From NCBI GenBank assembly GCA_040400635.1, contig JBBAPY010000001.1:1-32855 (forward strand): 32,855 nucleotides of DNA, read 5' to 3'. The notes beneath the pieces were generated by a model. The model had not been told where the DNA came from. It did no database searches and worked only from the letters and a program-made list of their open reading frames with translations. Of the stretch, positions 9,308-17,810 are shown in pieces (position 1 is the first letter of the stretch; each line of letters begins with the position of its first letter). The position numbers and the translations under genes are program-made. The stretch is from Rhodoferax sp. (lineage in GTDB: Bacteria; Pseudomonadota; Gammaproteobacteria; Burkholderiales; Burkholderiaceae_C).

Positions 9308-10747
9308 GTGAGTCTAATTGCGAGCGATGCATCCGCTGCGGGTGCTGACAAGATCAAGCCTGCTGTTGAGGTGGTCATGATGGCCGCTGGCAAGGGCACG
9401 CGCATGAAAAGCAACAAGCCCAAAGTGCTGCAAATGCTGGCCCATTTACCCCTGGCAGGGCATGTGCTGGAGGCCGCACGTTGGGTGGATGCGCGCAAAG
9501 TCGTGGTCGTAACCGGGCATGGCGCGGCACAAGTGGAGTCGGCCTTGTCGCTATTGGCAGGATCGCTCAAGCTGGAATTTGCGCGCCAGGAACCCCAGCT
9601 GGGGACCGGGCATGCAGTACAAACTGCCGCCCCGCATCTGGCCGACGATGCGATCGTGCTGGTCTTGTCCGGGGATGTGCCGCTCACACGTGCGGCGACT
9701 TTACAAGCCCTGTTGCACTTAAGCGCCGGCCGGCATCTTGCCTTGCTCACGGTGAATTTGCCCGATCCCAGCGGCTACGGGCGCGTGCTGCGCAATGGCC
9801 CATCGGTCAGCGCCATCGTCGAACATAAGGACGCGAGCCCAGAAGAGCGCAGCATCCCAGAAATCTATGGCGGCATATTGGCAGCGCCTGCGCGACAACT
9901 TAAACAGTGGTTGGGGCGGCTGGACAATCGCAACGCCCAAGGCGAGTATTACCTCACGGATGTGGTGAAGTTGGCGGTGCAAGACGGTGTGCAGGTGCTA
10001 GCCCATCGGATTGACGACCCCTTGGAGGTGGCTGGCGTGAACAGCCCGGCGCAACTGGCCGCCTTGGAGCGTGCGCACCAATTGCGCTTGGCCGAGGCAT
10101 TGATGGAGCAAGGCGTGCGACTCAAGGATCCTGCCCGCATCGACGTGCGCGGCTCGCTGGTGTGCGCCAGGGATGTGGAGATCGATGTCGGCTGTGTGTT
10201 TGAAGGTCAGGTGCAGCTGGGCGATGAGGTGCGCATCGGGCCCCATTGCGTGCTGGCCAATTGCAGCATCGAGGCAGGCACCATCATCCAGGCCTTTACC
10301 CATATAGACGGGGAAAGCCAAGGCGTGCGGGTGGGTGCAGGCGCGCGCATTGGCCCGTTTGCACGCTTGCGCCCGGGTGCGGATTTGGGGCAGGATGTGC
10401 ACATCGGCAACTTTGTAGAAGTCAAAAATGCCCGCCTGGCCCAAGGCGCAAAGGCCAACCATTTGGCGTATTTAGGCGACGCCACGGTGGGGGAACGGGT
10501 AAATTTTGGCGCCGGCAGCATTACGGCAAATTACGACGGCGCGAACAAGCACCAGACGGTGATCGAAGACGATGTGCATGTCGGCAGCAATTGCGTGCTG
10601 ATTGCGCCGCTCACACTAGGCGCAGGCGGCACCATAGGCGGCGGCTCGACAATTACCAAGGACACGCCTGCAGGTGCATTAACGGTGGCGCGGGGCAAGC
10701 AAGTGGGTGTTGCCAACTGGAAGCGCCCGGCCAAGGGCGCTAAGTAA
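9308..10747 (+). CDS. glmU: Bifunctional UDP-GlcNAc pyrophosphorylase / glucosamine-1-phosphate N-acetyltransferase
   Basis: AAGKGTRMKS..PKVL, QLGTGHAV, GEYYLTD, hexapeptide repeats, GNFVEVK and NYDGANKH. GTG 9308 lies 7 nt after AAGGA; ATG 9302 is the alternative. Confidence 0.97.
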   Translation: MSLIASDASAAGADKIKPAVEVVMMAAGKGTRMKSNKPKVLQMLAHLPLAGHVLEAARWVDARKVVVVTGHGAAQVESALSLLAGSLKLEFARQEPQLGTGHAVQTAAPHLADDAIVLVLSGDVPLTRAATLQALLHLSAGRHLALLTVNLPDPSGYGRVLRNGPSVSAIVEHKDASPEERSIPEIYGGILAAPARQLKQWLGRLDNRNAQGEYYLTDVVKLAVQDGVQVLAHRIDDPLEVAGVNSPAQLAALERAHQLRLAEALMEQGVRLKDPARIDVRGSLVCARDVEIDVGCVFEGQVQLGDEVRIGPHCVLANCSIEAGTIIQAFTHIDGESQGVRVGAGARIGPFARLRPGADLGQDVHIGNFVEVKNARLAQGAKANHLAYLGDATVGERVNFGAGSITANYDGANKHQTVIEDDVHVGSNCVLIAPLTLGAGGTIGGGSTITKDTPAGALTVARGKQVGVANWKRPAKGAK

Positions 10748-10752
10748 TTACT

Positions 10753-11244
10753 TCAGGGCCTGGGCAGCGGCAAAGCGGCGCTAAATTTGGCGCGCTTGAT
10801 ACTGAAAAACGCTTTGACATTGCGAACGTTGGCATCTTGGGTGAACAAGCGGCGCGTCACTTCTAAGTAATCGGGCATGGACAGGGCCTGCACCACCAAA
10901 ATGAAATCCGGGCCGGAGGCAACGCGCCAGCATTGCTGGACGGCATCGTCCGCTATCGCCTTGGCCTCGAAGGCGTCCAAATGCTCAACCCCCTGCACAT
11001 CCAAGGTCACTTCCACCAGCGCGCAAACCATATGCCCCACCGATGCGCCCAAGCGCGCCGGGTTGAGTACTGCGATCTGCCGCTCGATCCAACCGCCTTC
11101 GCAAAGGCGCTTGACGCGTCGCAGACAAGTCGGGGGAGAGATGCGCAGTTTTTCTGCGAGCGCTAAGTTGCTGAGTGATGCATCCTGCTGGAGATGGCCC
11201 AAAAGCTGGAGGTCCAGGGCATCCAATTCTTCTGAAATATTCAT
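10753..11244 (-). CDS. Lrp/AsnC family transcriptional regulator
   Basis: LDALDLQLL..LQQDASLSN..LAE....SPPTCLRRVKRL HTH followed by a RAM domain (VQQCWRVASGPDF). Confidence 0.93.
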   Translation of the reverse strand: MNISEELDALDLQLLGHLQQDASLSNLALAEKLRISPPTCLRRVKRLCEGGWIERQIAVLNPARLGASVGHMVCALVEVTLDVQGVEHLDAFEAKAIADDAVQQCWRVASGPDFILVVQALSMPDYLEVTRRLFTQDANVRNVKAFFSIKRAKFSAALPLPRP

Positions 11245-11335
11245 ATGTTTTTCTTAATTTTTTGAATTTAAATTTTTCTAATGCATTTTATTGAATTTTA
11301 AATTCTTTTTTTGTAAATTTTAAAACATTAATTTC
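11233..11335. promoter_or_regulatory. AT-rich divergent lrp/glmS promoter with phased putative Lrp-type sites
   Basis: Near-palindromic AT units begin at 11233, 11263, 11292 and 11321 (spacing 30/29/29). Confidence 0.55.
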
Positions 11336-11379
11336 TCTTTAGAACGCATAGCATCAAGGCCTCACTTCGGAGTTTGACT

Positions 11380-13245
11380 ATGTGTGGCATTGTCGGCGCG
11401 GTCTCCCACCGCAATATCGTCCCGGTCTTGGTACAGGGTTTGCAGCGTTTGGAATACCGGGGATATGACTCCTGCGGTGTGGCCATTCACACGGCGAGCC
11501 TGCATCCCAATACCGCGCAGCCCGGGCTGCGCCGCGCCCGTAGCACCGCCCGCGTGGTGGAGTTAATGGCCCAGGTACAGGCCGATGCACTGGAAGGCGG
11601 CACCGGCATCGCGCACACGCGCTGGGCCACCCATGGTGCGCCTGTGGTGCATAACGCACATCCCCATTTCAGCCACGGCAAAGGCCCAGGTACACAAGAG
11701 GGCCGTGTAGCGCTAGTCCATAACGGCATCATCGAAAACCACGATGAATTGCGCGCCAGTCTGCAGGCCAAAGGTTATGTCTTTCGCAGCCAGACCGACA
11801 CCGAAGTGATCGCGCACCTGGTGGACAGTTGCTACAACGGCGATCTGTTGGATGCGGTAAAGGCCTGTGTTTTGCAACTACATGGCGCTTATGCGATTGC
11901 GGTGATGCACGTGGACGAACCCATGCGCATGGTAGGCGCGCGCGCCGGCTCGCCACTCATCGTAGGTGTGGGCCAGGGAGAAACCTTTTTGGCCAGCGAT
12001 GCCATGGCCTTGGCCGGAGTGACAGATCAAATTTTGTATCTGCAAGAGGGGGATGTGGTGGACGTGCAAGCAGGCAAATTCTGGGTGCTTGACAGCGCGC
12101 ATAAGCCGGTTACGCGCGCAGTGCAAACGGTACAGGCGCATAGTGGCGCGGCGGAGTTGGGGCCCTATCGCCATTACATGCAAAAGGAAATATTTGAACA
12201 ACCGCGCGCTGTGGCCGATACCTTGGAAGGTATTGCGGGCATCGTGCCCGAGTTATTCGGCGATGGCGCTTACAGCATCTTCAAAGAAATTGATAAGGTG
12301 CTCATTTTGGCCTGCGGCACCAGTTACTACAGCGGCTGCGTAGCCAAGTACTGGATAGAAGCCATCGCCAAATTGCCCTGTGCAGTAGAGATCGCCAGCG
12401 AATACCGTTACCGCGATTCGGTGCCCGATAAAAAAACCTTGGTCGTCACCATCAGCCAATCCGGCGAAACGGCGGACACGCTTGCGGCATTGCGTCACGC
12501 GCAATCGCTGGGCATGGAACACTGCCTTACCATTTGCAATGTTGCGAGTTCCGCCATGGTGCGGGAGTGCAAGTTGGCCTACGTCACGCGCGCCGGCGTG
12601 GAAATCGGGGTCGCTTCCACCAAGGCTTTCACCACCCAACTGGTCGGGCTGTTCTTACTCACGCTGTCCCTGGCGCAAACCAAAGGCCACTTATCGGAGG
12701 CGGATGAAACCGCGGCACTCAAAGCGCTTCGCCACCTGCCAAGCGCGCTGCAAGCCGTGCTGGCGCTGGAGCCCGCCATCATCGCGTGGTCCGAAGAATT
12801 TGCCTCCAAAGAAAACGTCTTGTTTTTAGGACGCGGAACCCACTACCCGATTGCCATGGAAGGCGCACTGAAACTCAAAGAAATCACCTATATCCACGCT
12901 GAAGCCTATGCCGCCGGCGAATTGAAACATGGGCCCCTGGCTTTGGTCACCAGTGCCATGCCGGTGGTGACTGTTGCACCCAACGACGCCTTACTGGAAA
13001 AGCTAAAAAGCAATATGCACGAAGTACGGGCCCGTGGTGGCATATTGTATGTGTTGGCAGATGCTGACACGCACATCCAAACCAGCGAGGGCATCAACGT
13101 CATCCGCCTGCCGGAAAACTATGGCCATCTTTCGCCGATCTTGCATGTCGTAGCGCTGCAACTACTGGCCTACCACACCGCATGCGCACGCGGTACCGAT
13201 GTAGATAAACCGCGTAATTTGGCGAAGTCGGTAACGGTGGAGTGA
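11380..13245 (+). CDS. glmS: Glutamine--fructose-6-phosphate aminotransferase
   Basis: MCGIVG catalytic N-terminus, [32 protein letters not shown] and [11 protein letters not shown]. Confidence 0.98.
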   Translation: MCGIVGAVSHRNIVPVLVQGLQRLEYRGYDSCGVAIHTASLHPNTAQPGLRRARSTARVVELMAQVQADALEGGTGIAHTRWATHGAPVVHNAHPHFSHGKGPGTQEGRVALVHNGIIENHDELRASLQAKGYVFRSQTDTEVIAHLVDSCYNGDLLDAVKACVLQLHGAYAIAVMHVDEPMRMVGARAGSPLIVGVGQGETFLASDAMALAGVTDQILYLQEGDVVDVQAGKFWVLDSAHKPVTRAVQTVQAHSGAAELGPYRHYMQKEIFEQPRAVADTLEGIAGIVPELFGDGAYSIFKEIDKVLILACGTSYYSGCVAKYWIEAIAKLPCAVEIASEYRYRDSVPDKKTLVVTISQSGETADTLAALRHAQSLGMEHCLTICNVASSAMVRECKLAYVTRAGVEIGVASTKAFTTQLVGLFLLTLSLAQTKGHLSEADETAALKALRHLPSALQAVLALEPAIIAWSEEFASKENVLFLGRGTHYPIAMEGALKLKEITYIHAEAYAAGELKHGPLALVTSAMPVVTVAPNDALLEKLKSNMHEVRARGGILYVLADADTHIQTSEGINVIRLPENYGHLSPILHVVALQLLAYHTACARGTDVDKPRNLAKSVTVE

Positions 13246-13275
13246 TCTTGCTCCGTTGTTGATTAGCATTCAAAA
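13210..13275 (+). other. attTn7-like site, with no recognisable Tn7 element present
   Basis: The glmS 3' end CCGCGTAATTTGGCGAAGTCGGTAACGGTGGAGTGA is the region recognised by TnsD (established knowledge). No tns genes or Tn7 end repeats follow. Confidence 0.5.
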
Positions 13276-13452
13276 CGCGCTGTGGCATGGGCAGTGTGAG
13301 CGCTTCATTTGGATTAAATCAGTCAAATCCATTGCCCATCAATCAAACTGAGAGGATGTTGGACCCAAAAATTGAATTCGCTCGCTCTGGTCATCCGAAA
13401 CCCCAATGCTAGAGCCGTATGGCTGTGATAGTGATGTAGGAATGTGAGCCTT

Positions 13453-14223
13453 CTACATAGCCTTGAACAAATGAACGTAGGCGCGGCTCACCGGCAACTC
13501 TGGGGCGTGCCCATTGATCCGCACGAACAAGCGACTGGCCTCGTCGCGCCTTGTGCCTGCCAGGTACTTCAGATTCACCAGTGTCGAGCGGTGAACTTGC
13601 CAGAATTGGTCCGGATCCAGTTGCGCGGCCAATTCCACAATCGGCATACGAATCAAATGTTCGCCGCCCACCGTCTGCACTACCGTATATTTGTCGTCAG
13701 CGTGAAAGAACAGGATGTCCTCGACCGCAATCAGTTGCATCCGCTCCGCTTGGGCTGCGCGTACAGAGCGCAATCGTGGCACATGGCTGGAAGGCACACG
13801 CAGCAGGCGACTTAGTGCGTCGGCCAAGCGGGCATCAGGAAAATCTGGCGCCGTTGATGGTGGTTGCTGTAGCGTGGCCTTTACTCGTTCCAGCGTGCGC
13901 GTCAAGCGCTCGGAGCTCAAGGGTTTGAGCAGATAGTCCAGCGCGGCCTGCTCAAAGGCCTGTACGGCGTATTCGTCGTATGCAGTGATGAATACGACCC
14001 GGGTCGAACCCTCGATTCCCTGCGCTACCTCCAGTCCGCTGAGACCAGGCATCTGGATGTCGAGAAACGCTAGTTCTGGCTGAAGCTCTGCAATCTTGGT
14101 CGCTGCTTCGATGCCGTTCTTGGCGATATGGACGATTTCCAGTTCAGGCCAGAGTTGGCCCAATTGCTTGCTCAGGTACTGAGCCAGTTGGGGTTCATCG
14201 TCGGCAATCAGGGCTCGGGTCAT
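13453..14223 (-). CDS. LytR/AlgR family response regulator (REC + LytTR)
   Basis: ALIADDE, FLDIQMPG, FITAYDEYA, DYLLKP, FWQVHRSTLVN and LPVSR. Confidence 0.95.
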   Translation of the reverse strand: MTRALIADDEPQLAQYLSKQLGQLWPELEIVHIAKNGIEAATKIAELQPELAFLDIQMPGLSGLEVAQGIEGSTRVVFITAYDEYAVQAFEQAALDYLLKPLSSERLTRTLERVKATLQQPPSTAPDFPDARLADALSRLLRVPSSHVPRLRSVRAAQAERMQLIAVEDILFFHADDKYTVVQTVGGEHLIRMPIVELAAQLDPDQFWQVHRSTLVNLKYLAGTRRDEASRLFVRINGHAPELPVSRAYVHLFKAM

Positions 14224-15344
14224 GGCTTAGCGTTGTACGGAATGTTCAGGCATACCCGCGTGCCCACTGGCAGCGAGTGCAGGCTCAGGCTCGCATTGTC
14301 GGCGTAGCGCGTTTTCAGTCGTGCACGAATATTTTCCAGAGCCACACCATTGCCGGATCGTCCGGCGCGCAGGGGCGCCTGCAGACCCAGACCATCATCA
14401 TTGACGCAAATCTCCAGTCGACCCTCATTCACACTGGCGCTGATGTGCAATTGGCCGCCCTCAACCTTGGGCTCCAAACCATGATGGATCGCGTTTTCAA
14501 CCAGAGGTTGTAGTAACAAGGGCGGAACTATTGCGGCGCGCGCTTGGACATCTGCATCGATCACAAACTGCAGCCGCTCGCCCATACGAATTTGTAGCAG
14601 CAAGAGGTAGCCTTTCACCATGTCCAACTCAGCTCCAAGCGTGCTGTCAGCACTGCGCAATTGAGAAAGGCTGGTACGCAGGTATTCGGAGAACGCCTCT
14701 AGCATCAACTTGGCGCGGGGCGTATCGTGATCCATCAAGCTTTGAACATTGGCTAGCGTGTTGAACAGGAAGTGCGGCTCGATCTGGGCCTGGAGCAGCC
14801 GCAACTGGGATTCCGTGGCCTGGAGTTTCAGCGCCTGACGTCTGGCGTGCAAGCTCCACCAGAGCAAGTTGGCCACTGTGATGGCGACTGTGATCAGCAG
14901 GAAATTGCCTATGAAGTGTGGGGTGACCACTCCCACGACGTCAACATTGAATAACAGGCTGAGAAGACTCAAGGCAATCCCACCACCCAACAAGCTTCCA
15001 AGGATACCCACCATGCCGAAAAATATGGATGCGCGCCAGTCGCGCCAAGCAGATATGCGGTAGATCACGGCGACGGGTAGCGCCATCTCAATGCCTCGAT
15101 AAAGCCCGTGGATCGTGTACGAGATGCATAGGGAGATGAACAAGCAGCTCGGTAATCCCTGGGACCACCAGGAGAGTTTGGTCAGATTGCCGGTGAATAG
15201 TCCCGCTAAACTGAGCAGGATCAGCGCCATTGCGATAGCGATGCCCGTGCTGATCAGCAGACGCGCCCAGGCTGCTTCGCTACGTTGTTTCTTGAGAACC
15301 CAGAAAGAGCGCCAAGCATGAAGAAGTGGTGTTTGTGTGTTCAT
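14220..15344 (-). CDS. LytS/YehU-type membrane sensor histidine kinase
   Basis: About 4 hydrophobic segments, QAQIEPHFLFNTL, LQPLVENAIHHG, DDGLG and GNGVALENIRARL. ATGA overlap with the regulator. Start set at ATG 15344. Confidence 0.93.
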   Translation of the reverse strand: MNTQTPLLHAWRSFWVLKKQRSEAAWARLLISTGIAIAMALILLSLAGLFTGNLTKLSWWSQGLPSCLFISLCISYTIHGLYRGIEMALPVAVIYRISAWRDWRASIFFGMVGILGSLLGGGIALSLLSLLFNVDVVGVVTPHFIGNFLLITVAITVANLLWWSLHARRQALKLQATESQLRLLQAQIEPHFLFNTLANVQSLMDHDTPRAKLMLEAFSEYLRTSLSQLRSADSTLGAELDMVKGYLLLLQIRMGERLQFVIDADVQARAAIVPPLLLQPLVENAIHHGLEPKVEGGQLHISASVNEGRLEICVNDDGLGLQAPLRAGRSGNGVALENIRARLKTRYADNASLSLHSLPVGTRVCLNIPYNAKP

Positions 15345-15351
15345 AGCGTGC

Positions 15352-15418
15352 AGTTTAGGTCGCAGTAATCGACGCCTCACAACCTTTGCGATGAATCGAC
15401 AATAGTGCCGACGAGTGG
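15352..15418 (-). promoter_or_regulatory. Putative LytTR direct repeat plus -10 box
   Basis: Minus-strand ACTCGTCG (15416-15409) and ATTCATCG (15396-15389) lie 20 bp apart. TAAACT at 15357-15352 is 7 nt before the ATG. Confidence 0.4.
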
Positions 15419-15538
15419 CAATCGTAGACCGTGTTCGATAGCCGCCAGCCATGGGCGAAGACCCATCACTGCCCTTACACAAAAGACCATGGCCATGCGA
15501 TCACTGCGCCGCGCTGCCAACAGCAGGACGCAGCAAAT

Positions 15539-15569
15539 TAGCAGCTCCCGAAAGCACCAATAGCTGCTA
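15539..15569. repeat. Inverted repeat downstream of nnrS (possible terminator or REP-like)
   Basis: TAGCAGCT-N15-AGCTGCTA, with perfect 8-bp arms. Confidence 0.35.
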
Positions 15570-15579
15570 GCCCAGCGAT

Positions 15580-16749
15580 TCAGTCCCAGCTGAGAATGCG
15601 CCAGTACTTCAAGGTATAGATGGCAAAGCCAGCGGACCACAGCGTTGCCGAAGCCAGAATGGCAACCGGGAGCATCGATGCGTCAACTAAGGGAACGCCG
15701 ACACGCACCCACGCGGCCGCGGCCACCAGGGCGTAACAAGTGATCTCCGCCTTTCCTGCAATCAGCTTTCTTCCGGTATGGCCCAAGGCGGTGCGCGTCA
15801 TCATGCCAATGACCAGGCCGCCAATGGCGCCGGTGGTCAGCGCATGGGTGGCAGCCGACGACGAAACCCAGTCCATGGCCGCCATCGCACGCAAAGCCAA
15901 GTGCAGGGGAATCCAAGCATAGGCTGCATGCAGAACCCAAACCAAAGGTGTTTTGAACGTCTTCCAAGGCCGCCACAAGCCAAGGCGCATCAGATGCGCC
16001 AGCATGGTCAAGAGGGCCAGCAGCGCAAACCATGCGCCCGTCACCTGCAATGCGTCTGCGACCAAAATGAGCAAAACCAAACCCAGTGCAATTTTTTCGA
16101 CCCAGGGCTGGCGAACCGCCTGTGCGCTGGGTATCGCGTTGTTGGTAAACATGGGGATCACCCGCCCGGCCATGACGCAAATTACAAACAGCATGCCATC
16201 GAGCCCTAGCAAAATCCCGGCCCACCCCGGCATGTGCATGACCCCAAGTCCATGCAGGTGCACCAGCAGCTGGGCCCATGCCATCATCACCAGCAAGGCG
16301 ACGAAAAAATAGTTCCGACGGTTACGCGCTCGGTACAGCGGGATGGCCAATGCGGTCGCAAGGGCCAGTGGAAAGGCCACATTCACTGCCGCAGCCAGCC
16401 AGCCCCACGGCGAGAGCACCAATACCCTGCCTGCCACCCACAAGGCCGCCAGTGCGGCCAGGTAGGGGCCTTTGGGTGTGGGCTGCCCCGACCAGTTTTG
16501 TGCTGCTGTCAACAGAAAACCGGTTAGAACTGCCAAGGTGAATCCGAACAGCATTTCATGGGCATGCCACATCGAACCGTGCAGATAGGCATGGGGTAAA
16601 AGCCCGCTAAATTGCACTGCCCAAACCCCTATGGACAGCGCGGCAAAGCTGCTGGCCAGCAAATAGAAAGGGCGAAACCCAAGATCCCACAAGGCAAACC
16701 GCGGTTTTGCGCCCTTGCGTGGGCTATTGATGGGGATCAAAGTGGTCAT
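15580..16749 (-). CDS. nnrS: NnrS family NO-response membrane protein
   Basis: LGFRPFYL, WHAHEMLFGF, GFLLTAAQNWSG, GRVIPMFT, THALTTG and MMTRTALGHTGR. Confidence 0.95.
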   Translation of the reverse strand: MTTLIPINSPRKGAKPRFALWDLGFRPFYLLASSFAALSIGVWAVQFSGLLPHAYLHGSMWHAHEMLFGFTLAVLTGFLLTAAQNWSGQPTPKGPYLAALAALWVAGRVLVLSPWGWLAAAVNVAFPLALATALAIPLYRARNRRNYFFVALLVMMAWAQLLVHLHGLGVMHMPGWAGILLGLDGMLFVICVMAGRVIPMFTNNAIPSAQAVRQPWVEKIALGLVLLILVADALQVTGAWFALLALLTMLAHLMRLGLWRPWKTFKTPLVWVLHAAYAWIPLHLALRAMAAMDWVSSSAATHALTTGAIGGLVIGMMTRTALGHTGRKLIAGKAEITCYALVAAAAWVRVGVPLVDASMLPVAILASATLWSAGFAIYTLKYWRILSWD

Positions 16750-16779
16750 TTTGGAAGACAGCCCAAACTGTGACGTGCA

Positions 16780-17184
16780 TTAGGCGAGGACGACGGGTAA
16801 GCCCTCTCGGTCCAAAGCCAGATAGCCCGCGATCTCGCCCCGCTCAATCGCTGCCACCATGGTCTTCAAGGCCGCGTCCACTGCTTTGCCATCTGGCGCG
16901 CTGTGGCTGGTCCCTGCCATTGCGGCGGCAAATACCAAACGCCATGCAGGGCCGAACTGCGCCGCCTCCTGCACCAAGGCGTCAAAAGAGGGCAACGCTT
17001 GCGGACTTTTGTCCACACACATGATGGGCACCAGGGTCCCCCCATGTCCCGCGGCGAATCCGGCGCGCTGCTGCGCATTGGCATCATCGGCCAGCACGGC
17101 GTCGACAAACACAAACAGCAAATGCTGCTGCAAGGGCTGCGCGCGCGCCGCCAGCAACAGATCGGAGAAATTTTCAATATTCAT
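16780..17184 (-). CDS. Hypothetical protein (134 aa) in the nar accessory tail
   Basis: ATGA overlap with the nitroreductase, co-oriented in the operon, motif PIMCVDK. From memory it resembles proteins loosely labelled 'ribonucleotide reductase subunit alpha', but it is far too short for NrdA. Confidence 0.8.
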   Translation of the reverse strand: MNIENFSDLLLAARAQPLQQHLLFVFVDAVLADDANAQQRAGFAAGHGGTLVPIMCVDKSPQALPSFDALVQEAAQFGPAWRLVFAAAMAGTSHSAPDGKAVDAALKTMVAAIERGEIAGYLALDREGLPVVLA

Positions 17185-17780
17185 AAGGCCTTCGTCGATA
17201 GATAAGTCACGTACTGGTGGGTTTGCGGCCGCTCACGTGCTGGCTTGCCGCGCTGGGCGGTTCCCACACTCACAAAGCAGATGGCATGTTCATGCCTGCG
17301 CAGACCCAACAGTGCGCGCAGGCTGGAGGAGGTCAGGGCCTTGCCACTGCTTAGCGCAGATCCAAACCCCTGTGCCGTGGCCATTAAGAGCATGTTCTGC
17401 ACAGCGCAACCCGCCGACACCACCCGCTCCAACAAACCGATTCGCTCGTCACCGCGCACATCCTCCACGACCAGCAGCATGAGCAGTGGCGCGCGCAGTG
17501 CTTTTTCGTGGGCTTGCTGCAGTTGTTCAGGCAAAGCGGTGGGATCGCGCTCCAGCAGTGCATCAGAAAACGCCTGTCCCAGTGCTGCACGCTCGGCATC
17601 GGCGATCAGCACAAAACGCCAGGGCAGCAGTTGCCCATGGTCCGGCGCATGCGCAGCCGCATCCAAGATGCGTGCGAGTTGCTCGGCATCGGGGCCCGGC
17701 GCCATCAGCCGCTTGGGCAGGATGGTCTGACGCAAATGCAAAAGCTCCGAGAGCGCGCTGGGCATGTCATTGATCGGCAT
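17181..17780 (-). CDS. Nitroreductase family protein (YdjA-like)
   Basis: AAAHAPDHGQLLPWRF, KALRAP and SAGCAVQNMLLMATAQGFGS. Confidence 0.9.
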   Translation of the reverse strand: MPINDMPSALSELLHLRQTILPKRLMAPGPDAEQLARILDAAAHAPDHGQLLPWRFVLIADAERAALGQAFSDALLERDPTALPEQLQQAHEKALRAPLLMLLVVEDVRGDERIGLLERVVSAGCAVQNMLLMATAQGFGSALSSGKALTSSSLRALLGLRRHEHAICFVSVGTAQRGKPARERPQTHQYVTYLSTKAL

Positions 17781-17810
17781 GTTTTCATTGCACCGCGTGC
17801 ATTGCCTTGC

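Noticed and set aside
9304-9750. N-terminal extension of the 455-aa ORF
   Set aside because: Antisense shadow of glmU. The lipoprotein signal peptide begins only near 9300 or below.
11245-11379. glmS ribozyme or horizontally acquired AT-rich insert
   Set aside because: Too short and too AT-rich for the ribozyme fold. Better explained as a divergent promoter.
15451-15570. Small plus-strand ORF (39 aa) with a CDHC motif, and the overlapping 87-aa minus ORF
   Set aside because: No SD, no recognisable family, and a length expected by chance in GC-rich DNA.
13246-15579. Tn7-like transposon or CAST at glmS
   Set aside because: No tnsABCD/tniQ or cas genes, no repeated TnsB-type sites and no paired ends are visible.
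16780-17184. Ribonucleotide reductase alpha subunit label for the small protein
   Set aside because: 134 aa with no RNR catalytic motifs.
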